DNA from: Candidatus Thorarchaeota archaeon
GTDB taxonomy: Archaea > Asgardarchaeota > Thorarchaeia > Thorarchaeales > Thorarchaeaceae
Direction: 5' to 3'
DNA: 32,000 nt
Assembly: GCA_003345555.1 (NCBI GenBank)
Contig: PRDJ01000006.1
Coordinates: 12,136 to 44,135 of the forward strand
Notes under the pieces: model-generated
The model's input: only the letters and a program-made list of their open reading frames with translations
Databases searched by the model: none
Told to the model about the DNA's origin: nothing
Made by a program: the position numbers and the translations under genes
Shown: piece by piece, positions 9,419-16,895 of the stretch
Numbering within the stretch: position 1 is the first letter of the stretch
How the letters are laid out: each line of letters opens with the position of its first letter

Positions 9419-9429
9419 CCACATGATGA

Positions 9430-11814
9430 ATGATATATAGTCTCCACGCGCCTGTCGTTCCTATGACCTCCCGCACAATGGCGATGCGAGACCGTATGCT
9501 GAACTCCCGCCCGACCATATCCTCAGAAAGAGCTTACCTATTCACACAGTGCCTACGCCGGCACGAGGGCGAGCCGACGAAGGAGAGGATGGCAAAGGCA
9601 TTCGCCTATGTCATGGACAATATGACAACCCAGATTCATCCAGAAGAGCTGATAGTTGGCAACATGGGTCCAACTCCAAGATCCTGCCAGATTTTTCCCG
9701 AATACAGCTGGACTTGGATTGAGAAGGAGTTGGACAGATTCGATAAGAGGCGGACAGAGAAGTTCGATTTGATGTCCGAAGACAAGGAGAGACTACGAGA
9801 GGTTTTCAAGTACTGGCGAGGCAAAAGCACAGCTGAGATTTGCGCTCAAACAATGCCTCAGGAATCTCAGCAAGCATCTCAGGCAGGTCTCTTCACCATA
9901 GGTGCTCCGGGCACGGGAATAGGCCACGTTATTGTTGATTACAAGAGGGTAATCCAAACAGGTCTCGAATCCGTTTTGGAACAAGTGGCACGGCAGCGAA
10001 GACAGACTCCAAACAATCCTGAGAAGACTTCCTTCTACAATGCCGTTGAGATCGAGATCAATGCTATTGACCGGTTTGCTAGAAGATTCAGCGACCTTGC
10101 GACAAAGATGGCGAAGGAAGAAAAAGACCCTCAGAGAAGGAACGAACTCCAAGAAATCTCCCGGATATGTGGCAGAGTGCCAATGAAGCCAGCATTGAGC
10201 TTCCACGAGGCATTGCAGTCTTTCTGGTTCATCCAGCTTCTTGTTCAGACGGAAGGCAACGGCCACTCAATCTCCACAGGTCGCTTTGATCAGTACTTGT
10301 ACCCGTACTACGCTGCTGATGTCAAGTCGGGGAGACTCACGAGAGACCAGGCGCTGGAGCTTCTCGAAATGCTGTGGTTGAAGTTCTCTTCTTTGATTAA
10401 ACTTCGAGACGAGTACTATAGCATTGCTTTCGCCGGGTTTCCAATGTTCCAGAACCTGACGATTGGTGGACAGGACGGACGCGGAAATGACGTATGCAAC
10501 GAGGTCACCTATCTTGCTCTTGAAGCAACGATGAATATGAGAGTCACTCAACCTACAGTCTCATTCCGCTGGCACAGAAAGACGCCGAAGAGTGCGAAGC
10601 TGAAGGTTGTCGAAGTTGTATCCAGAGGCCTCGGCATGCCCGGTCTGTTCAACGACGAAATCATAATCCCAATGATGAAGAAGAAGGGCGTTGAGGCCGA
10701 GGAAGCCTTTGACTACTCCATCCTCGGTTGTGTCGAACCAATAGTCGAGGGGAAGGCAGATGTGAGGCCCAACATCGGTTTCGTCAACTTTGCCAAGGTC
10801 CTTGAAATCACTTTGAACAATGGTAAGGATCCGAAGACCGGTGCGAAGGTTGGAGTCGAAACTGGGGATCCTCGTTCATTCAAGAGTTACGACGAGCTTT
10901 GGGCTGCGTATAGAAAGCAGCTCGACAATACCGTTGACCTTCTCACTAAGGCAGACCGCGTTGCCGCTGAAGTCCACGCAAAGCTCGTGCCTACGTCCTT
11001 CATCTCATCCCTCCTCGCAGGATGTGTCGAAACAGGCCGGACAATGCAGGAGGGCGGAGCGAAGTACACCGCGGGAGGAATCCAGGGTGTTGGCATTGCG
11101 ATTGCCACAGATTCGCTATCAGTTCTGAGAAAGCAGGTCTTCGAAACCAAGAAGATGAAGATGGAGCAAATCCTGAATGCTCTGTCTAAGAACTATGAGG
11201 GCTTTGAGGAACTGAGGGGTCGATTCGAAAACGACCCTGACAAGTACGGCAATGACATCGAGCGTATCGATTTGATTGCTCGTGATATCGGAAAGGCATT
11301 CTGCGAATCCGTGCAGAGCAGGATGACGACCCGCAACGGTCCCTATCATGCGGCGCTGTTTTCTGTGTCTATGTACATTCCTCAAGGAGAATCCGTGGGC
11401 GCTACACCCGATGGTCGACGTGCCGGAGTCATGCTCTCGGATGGAGTCTCACCAGCTCACAGCAGAGATGTTCACGGTCCAACAGCTGCCATGAAATCCG
11501 TAGCCCGGCTGGATCACGGTCTATGCTACAATGGAACCCTTTACAACATGAAGTTTAACCCTCAGGTTTTCTCATCTGCGGCCAATCGGGACAATTTCAT
11601 AGGACTAGTCGATGCCTACTTCAAGCTTGGCGGATTGCACGTCCAGTTCAACGTTCTCTCGAGAGAGACGCTTGAGGATGCAAAGGTTCACCCTCTCCAG
11701 CACAGAGACTTGATTGTTAGAGTAGCGGGCTATAGTGCCTACTTCATCGAACTGGATCCGTTTGTTCAGGACGAGGTGATTGCTCGTACCGAATTCAGCA
11801 GTGGCTCAGCCTAG
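9430..11814 (+). CDS. Glycyl radical enzyme, eliminase/dehydratase (PFL2/diol dehydratase-like) class, substrate unknown
   Basis: Gly loop RVAGYSAYF, single-Cys loop LGCVEP, NGHSISTGRFDQY, FQNLTIGGQ and TPDGRRAG...SDGVSP; 794 aa. Confidence 0.93.
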   Translation: MIYSLHAPVVPMTSRTMAMRDRMLNSRPTISSERAYLFTQCLRRHEGEPTKERMAKAFAYVMDNMTTQIHPEELIVGNMGPTPRSCQIFPEYSWTWIEKELDRFDKRRTEKFDLMSEDKERLREVFKYWRGKSTAEICAQTMPQESQQASQAGLFTIGAPGTGIGHVIVDYKRVIQTGLESVLEQVARQRRQTPNNPEKTSFYNAVEIEINAIDRFARRFSDLATKMAKEEKDPQRRNELQEISRICGRVPMKPALSFHEALQSFWFIQLLVQTEGNGHSISTGRFDQYLYPYYAADVKSGRLTRDQALELLEMLWLKFSSLIKLRDEYYSIAFAGFPMFQNLTIGGQDGRGNDVCNEVTYLALEATMNMRVTQPTVSFRWHRKTPKSAKLKVVEVVSRGLGMPGLFNDEIIIPMMKKKGVEAEEAFDYSILGCVEPIVEGKADVRPNIGFVNFAKVLEITLNNGKDPKTGAKVGVETGDPRSFKSYDELWAAYRKQLDNTVDLLTKADRVAAEVHAKLVPTSFISSLLAGCVETGRTMQEGGAKYTAGGIQGVGIAIATDSLSVLRKQVFETKKMKMEQILNALSKNYEGFEELRGRFENDPDKYGNDIERIDLIARDIGKAFCESVQSRMTTRNGPYHAALFSVSMYIPQGESVGATPDGRRAGVMLSDGVSPAHSRDVHGPTAAMKSVARLDHGLCYNGTLYNMKFNPQVFSSAANRDNFIGLVDAYFKLGGLHVQFNVLSRETLEDAKVHPLQHRDLIVRVAGYSAYFIELDPFVQDEVIARTEFSSGSA

Positions 11815-11906
11815 AGCGGGTGCAGATGAAAGCAACACTTCGACAAGTTTAACATTGACCGATAGCGTGTCTCTTTCAGTTAAACAAGTCACGCGAGCGT
11901 GATTCG

Positions 11907-12899
11907 ATGGGATACGATGTTGTCACTTTCGGAGAGGTGATGTTGAGACTCTCGCCTCCCAACTTCATGCGCATTGAGCAAGCAAATAGCTTCAATGCCA
12001 ACGCGGGCGGCGCAGAGATGAATGTCGCGGTTGCCTGTGCGAGAATGGGCTTGAAGACTGCATATGTGACGAAGCTGGGGGACAACTCCATTGGTCATTT
12101 CATTCGCAACAAAGCAAGAGAGCAGGGGGTCGATACGTCCTACATCCTATGGGACGCAAATAGCCGCTGTGGGACTTACTTTTTGGAGTTCGGTTCTGCC
12201 CCAAGGGCTCAGCGAGTAATCTATGACAGGGAGCAGTCTGCCATTAGCAAGATCAAGCCCGGAGAAGTTCACTGGGCAGAGATACTGAAGGGCACGAGGC
12301 TCTTCCATACCAGCGGAATAACCCCTGCTATCAGTCCTTCCTGTGCAAAGGCAACAGAAGAAGCCATGAGAACGGCACGAGAACAGGGCTGTAAGGTGTC
12401 CTATGACATCAACTACAGAAGCAAACTCTGGAGTCCTGAGCAGGCTCGGGCATTCACTGAGCCGGCGTCGAAACTGATTGACATCCTGATTACGACTGAA
12501 GAAGACACGAAGGTTGTTTACGGCATAGAAGGCAAAGACTACCAGGACGTAGCAAAGAAGCTTGCAGAGAAGTTCGGTTTCGAAGTCGTTCTCATAACAC
12601 TTCGCAAGACTCCACTGGTATGGCTGAACAAGTGGTCTGCCTTTGCCTACTCGAAAGGCAAGATCTACTCCAGTGCAGAATACGATGTTGAGATTGTCGA
12701 CAGGCTGGGGGCGGGCGATTCATGCAGTGCCGGTTTTATATACGGGTATCTTGAACTAAAGGACATCCAGCAGGCAGTCGACTATGGTGCTGCTTTATCC
12801 GCATTGAAGCACTCAGTGCCCGGTGACCTAGCATATGTCTACAAGTCAGAAGTCGAAGCGCTCGCAAAGGGCGGAAAGGGGCTTCGTGTTCAGAGGTAG
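11907..12899 (+). CDS. kdgK: PfkB-family sugar kinase, 2-keto-3-deoxygluconate kinase-like
   Basis: VVTFGEVMLRLSPP, GGAEMNVA, SYDINYRSKLW and IVDRLGAGDS; lies directly upstream of an Eda-type aldolase. Confidence 0.85.
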   Translation: MGYDVVTFGEVMLRLSPPNFMRIEQANSFNANAGGAEMNVAVACARMGLKTAYVTKLGDNSIGHFIRNKAREQGVDTSYILWDANSRCGTYFLEFGSAPRAQRVIYDREQSAISKIKPGEVHWAEILKGTRLFHTSGITPAISPSCAKATEEAMRTAREQGCKVSYDINYRSKLWSPEQARAFTEPASKLIDILITTEEDTKVVYGIEGKDYQDVAKKLAEKFGFEVVLITLRKTPLVWLNKWSAFAYSKGKIYSSAEYDVEIVDRLGAGDSCSAGFIYGYLELKDIQQAVDYGAALSALKHSVPGDLAYVYKSEVEALAKGGKGLRVQR

Positions 12900-12911
12900 G
12901 CGATATCAATC

Positions 12912-13565
12912 ATGTGGGATAAACAAGACGCAATGAAGCTCGTTCGTGACACTGCTCTCATCCCAATCATCAGAGTAGAATCTGCTGATATTGCGATGAA
13001 GGTTGCAGATGCCTTCCTCAATGGTGGCGTCAACATTATTGAGGTGACCTTTAGTGTGCCCGGAGCTACTGACGTTGTCCAGAAGCTGACGGAGAAGGTG
13101 GGCGACAAGGTGCTTGTCGGCACAGGGACTGTGCTAGACCCCGAAACAGCTCGCAGAGCGATTCTGGCGGGCAGCGAGTTCATCGTGGCTCCTTCGTACT
13201 CCAAGGATCTCATAGAGATGGCGAGAAGGTACTCCAAGCCTTGCTTCCCAGGAGCCATGACTCCGACAGAGATACTTCAAGCGTATACATGGGGTGCCGA
13301 TGCTGTCAAGGTGTTTCCATGCGGTGAACTGGGCGGAGCTGCTTACATCAAAGCTGTTCGAGCGCCTCTGCCGCACATACCATTGATTCCTACCGGAGGA
13401 GTCGACTTGCAGACCGCAGGACCAATGCTTGAAGCAGGGGCGTTCGCTCTAGGCGTAGGCAGTGCGATTGCAGATGCGAAGGCCATCAAAGACGGTCGCT
13501 ATGAAGTCATTACCGAGAACGTCAGGAAGTTTCTCGAGATAGTGAGGAAATACAGAAAGAAGTAA
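12912..13565 (+). CDS. eda: KDPG/KHG aldolase
   Basis: IEVTF, VGTGTVL, FIVAP, PGAMTPTEI, VKVFP (Schiff-base Lys) and IPTGGVD. Confidence 0.92.
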   Translation: MWDKQDAMKLVRDTALIPIIRVESADIAMKVADAFLNGGVNIIEVTFSVPGATDVVQKLTEKVGDKVLVGTGTVLDPETARRAILAGSEFIVAPSYSKDLIEMARRYSKPCFPGAMTPTEILQAYTWGADAVKVFPCGELGGAAYIKAVRAPLPHIPLIPTGGVDLQTAGPMLEAGAFALGVGSAIADAKAIKDGRYEVITENVRKFLEIVRKYRKK

Positions 13566-13846
13566 ACGCCCGCGATGAGTCCAAGTTGTGAAGCGCACTG
13601 ACATAGAAATCGCAATAACGCTTGAGGATTTGGTGGGGTGAATTGCCGGTTCCGCCCACTCGGCAAGGAGAAAGACCGCCCGACCTCTCCTACTGTCTTG
13701 TGCTACCATACATTGTTGGACTTGTAGTGCTCGATTTTGTATCCCGTTCGGGGTCCGATTCGGTGACTGTCGAAGGGCCATCCATACTGAAGGGAAATAA
13801 CTAAAACGGGCGCGCAGCGGCGTCTATTATCGGAGAGAACGAACAA

Positions 13847-14173
13847 ATGCCTGATGACTTGCTGGAAGTAATGAGAAAGAGAATCATTGTCGGACTTGAG
13901 CGTGAAAAGACAAAGGAAGCCATACAGGGCTGGGAAAGGTCAGCATCGCTTACTCTGAAAGATGGCCGCCAATTCAACTTTCTCGTCAAGAACAACAACA
14001 TAACAGTGAACGAAGGTGCCATTGATAATCCGGACATGAGGATTGAGAGCGACGCCGATACGATACGCAAGCTCTTCATGGAAGAGATGAGCGCTGCAGC
14101 GGCCCTCCTTACCCGCAAACTGAAAGTAAAAGGATCCGCGAGCGACCTGATGAAAATTCGCCATATCTTCTAG
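13847..14173 (+). CDS. SCP2 sterol/lipid-binding domain protein
   Basis: EGAIDNPDMRIESDADT...AALLTRKLKVKGSASDLMK matches the SCP2 C-terminal pattern. Confidence 0.8.
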   Translation: MPDDLLEVMRKRIIVGLEREKTKEAIQGWERSASLTLKDGRQFNFLVKNNNITVNEGAIDNPDMRIESDADTIRKLFMEEMSAAAALLTRKLKVKGSASDLMKIRHIF

Positions 14174-14198
14174 ACCGAATTCTGAGGAGGTCTTCGAA

Positions 14199-15605
14199 AC
14201 GGACCAGAGGATTGTCAAGCAGCTAGCCGAGATTGTCAGTAGCGAATACGTTTCGACTCGCAAAGATGTTCTGCTTACGTACTCGGCATCAGCATCCACC
14301 GGTTATGATTCAGTGACGCCGGGTGCCGTCGTCCGTCCTGCTAGTACCGAAGAAGTCTCTAGGATTCTGAGGTTCGCCAACGATGAAGCAATCACCGTCA
14401 TTCCCAGGGGTGGTGGTTCAAGTCTGCAGGGAGAGGTCATTCCGAAGGCTGACAGCATTGTTGTCGAGCTTATGCGACTTGACAGGATGGCCCTGCATGA
14501 GAACCTCAGGTCTGTCACTGTCGGAGCTGGGGTTACCTATGGAGTGCTTGACAAATTCCTTAAACCGAACGATTTGTGGGTTCCCATCTATCCCGAATCT
14601 TCCCTTGTCTGCACGGTGGCTGGAAATGTTGCTGTTAATGGTGCAGGTCCTGGTTCGAGCACCTACGGATCTATTGCAGAAATGGTGCTCGGACTGGAGG
14701 TCGTCCTTCCCAACGGAGAGATCATCCAGACCGGGTCAGAGGCGAATCCGAATGCTCCTGGTCCATTCATGAGGTACGCCTTCGGTCCTGATATCACCGG
14801 CTTGTTCATCGGTTCTTTAGGAAGTCTGGGAATCATAACCAAGGTCTCGCTGAAAGTATTCAAGCGAATGCATCATTTTGACTACAACACATATGGGTTT
14901 GATGACTCTTCCAAAGCAGAGCGGTTCCTGCTTGAACTTAGAAACAATGATGTCAACGCTCTGTTCGCCACGCTTTACGAGGGACGAATCCTGAACTTCT
15001 TCATGGATATGCTGGGGGATGAGTATGGCATACCTAAACACGAATGGCCCGCCTACACGGTTTCAGTGACTATTGGGCGAACGAGAGAGGACCAGCTCAT
15101 TAGCGATGCCGAGGAGGCGAAACGCATCTGTTCTGAACTGGGCGGTGAAGTCATTGGCGTACGTGAGCTTCCTCGGGGTGAATGGACAGACCGTATGTGG
15201 GTATTCGCTAGATCCTCATATGCACACGGGTGGCACTGGAGGATACTCTACCATCACCAGACTCCCATCAATTGGCATAAGTCCATCGACGAGATTTGGA
15301 AGGTCATGGATAAGTATGGGCTGTTGGGCCACACAGCAGGATTCTTGACCGACCATTCTTCGTACAACCTGTACCCCATGATTTTCTTCGATCCTGCTGA
15401 CAAAGAGGAAGAACAAAAGGCGCGAAGGGCACACGCAGAACTTGCCCTTCGTTTGTATGAGACGGGTGCAGTCCCCTTCAAGCTGGCACCATATTGGGTA
15501 GATGGCGTCAAGGACCTTGAACGATACATCGAGTTCGTCAAGTCCGTAAAGAGACTTCTCGACCCTAAGGGAATCATGAACCCGGGTGTGATGGCAGGGG
15601 TATGA
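14199..15605 (+). CDS. FAD-binding oxidoreductase (GlcD/VAO-PCMH family), paralogue of 4102-5484; probable ACG start
   Basis: RGGGSS, LEVVLPNGEII, GLFIGSLGSLGII and DPKGIMNPG. The frame stays open upstream of the track's GTG 14313 and encodes DQRIVKQLAEIVSSEYVSTRKDVLLTYS, which aligns with the paralogue's N-terminus. GAGGAGG at 14184-14190 is 8 nt before ACG 14199. The start coordinate is inferred. Confidence 0.85.
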   Translation, partial: TDQRIVKQLAEIVSSEYVSTRKDVLLTYSASASTGYDSVTPGAVVRPASTEEVSRILRFANDEAITVIPRGGGSSLQGEVIPKADSIVVELMRLDRMALHENLRSVTVGAGVTYGVLDKFLKPNDLWVPIYPESSLVCTVAGNVAVNGAGPGSSTYGSIAEMVLGLEVVLPNGEIIQTGSEANPNAPGPFMRYAFGPDITGLFIGSLGSLGIITKVSLKVFKRMHHFDYNTYGFDDSSKAERFLLELRNNDVNALFATLYEGRILNFFMDMLGDEYGIPKHEWPAYTVSVTIGRTREDQLISDAEEAKRICSELGGEVIGVRELPRGEWTDRMWVFARSSYAHGWHWRILYHHQTPINWHKSIDEIWKVMDKYGLLGHTAGFLTDHSSYNLYPMIFFDPADKEEEQKARRAHAELALRLYETGAVPFKLAPYWVDGVKDLERYIEFVKSVKRLLDPKGIMNPGVMAGV

Positions 15606-15606
15606 C

Positions 15607-16770
15607 ATGACTGGTGTGGACATTGAAGAACTAAGGGAGAACCTCCTGCAATGTCGCAGATGTGGTATATGCCGCAATGCAGTATACGAAGACGAAGGGT
15701 TCAACGGTGTCTGTCCTGTATGGAAGGCCTCGAGCGGCTTTGAGACCAGCTTCATGAGAGGCAAAGTCCAGGTTGCTCTTGCTCTTCTTGATGGTCAGCT
15801 GGAAAGGACCCCTGAGAATGCGGAGTCTCTCTACACCTGCACCCTTTGCGGGAACTGTTCTCAGATATGCGCCGCAGAGTTCAATGCGAAGGATTGCCTC
15901 GAGAAAGTGCGAGAGGTATTTGCGGATATTCCAAATGAGATCCGCGATTCTCTTGCCCGAGCGATTGCGCAGACGGGGAATCCCTATTCGGAGAAGCCCT
16001 CAGCTAAGCGAAGCTGGATCCGCCAGATGGGTTTCAAGGTACCGACTCGCGGCAAGACTCTATACTATGTCGGCTGTACTACAGGACTAAGATTGCCTGA
16101 CGTTGCCAAGTCGACAGCACGGATCTTGAAAGCCGGAGGAGTTGAATTTGCCGTCATGGAAAGTGAACCGTGCTGTGGGTCAGTGATGCTAAGGACCGGA
16201 CGAACAAAGGAAGCAAACGAAAACGCGCAAAGTGTTGCCCAGAGCATTACTGACAGTGGTGCGGAGAGAGTTGTTGTGTCTTGCGCCGGGTGTTTGAGAG
16301 CCTTGAGGAAAGACTACCCTGAAAGGTTTGGCATTGACCTGCCGCCTGTCCTGCACATAACGGAATATGCACAACAGCTAATTAACGAAGGGCGTCTCCG
16401 ACCAAAGGGTTACCCGAAAGTTACGAGAATTGCCTATCACGACCCGTGTCACATGGGGCGCGAACTCGGAATCTATGAAGCTCCAAGAGAAATCCTTCGG
16501 TCTATACCAGGCGTGGAGCTGGCCGAGATGGATCCTAGTCGAGAGGCAGCCATGTGCTGCGGAGCCGGTGGTGGTCTCAGGTCGTTTGCCCCTGATCTAT
16601 CAAGAAGAATAGCAGCAGACCGAGTCCGAACGGCAGAATCCGCCAGAGCTAGAATTTTGGCTAGTTCTTGCCCGTTCTGTGAGCACAACCTCGCCGCAGG
16701 AAGGGATCTGAGCGGGAGCAGCATTGATGTTGTCGATGTCGCAGTTCTGCTTGCCAGCAGTCTCCCATAA
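15607..16770 (+). CDS. Fe-S oxidoreductase subunit with 2x[4Fe-4S] and two CCG domains (GlcF/GlpC/HdrD-like)
   Basis: CRRCGIC..CP, CTLCGNCSQIC, YVGC, CCG, CAGC, YHDPC, CCGAGGG and CPFC. Confidence 0.9.
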   Translation: MTGVDIEELRENLLQCRRCGICRNAVYEDEGFNGVCPVWKASSGFETSFMRGKVQVALALLDGQLERTPENAESLYTCTLCGNCSQICAAEFNAKDCLEKVREVFADIPNEIRDSLARAIAQTGNPYSEKPSAKRSWIRQMGFKVPTRGKTLYYVGCTTGLRLPDVAKSTARILKAGGVEFAVMESEPCCGSVMLRTGRTKEANENAQSVAQSITDSGAERVVVSCAGCLRALRKDYPERFGIDLPPVLHITEYAQQLINEGRLRPKGYPKVTRIAYHDPCHMGRELGIYEAPREILRSIPGVELAEMDPSREAAMCCGAGGGLRSFAPDLSRRIAADRVRTAESARARILASSCPFCEHNLAAGRDLSGSSIDVVDVAVLLASSLP

Positions 16771-16831
16771 CGCCGAACGGGTGCATAGCTTCTCCTTGGT
16801 CGAGCACTGGACAGCCAACTATTCTATATCC

Positions 16832-16845
16832 ATAAAACTTTAAAG
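16832..16845 (+). promoter_or_regulatory. Candidate BRE/TATA upstream of the Ino1-like gene
   Basis: ATAAAACTTTAAAG about 50 nt before ATG 16896. Confidence 0.4.
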
Positions 16846-16895
16846 GAAAGCCCTCTGCCCAAAGCAGAATGTCATTTGAGCCAGAGGTATAGCCA

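Noticed and set aside
9430-11814. Calling the GRE pyruvate formate-lyase
   Set aside because: PFL has adjacent Cys-Cys in the active loop; this protein has a single Cys (GCVEP).
1-16800. Catabolic region as a mobile genomic island
   Set aside because: No integrase, transposase, tRNA target or flanking direct repeats seen, and no obvious compositional break by eye.
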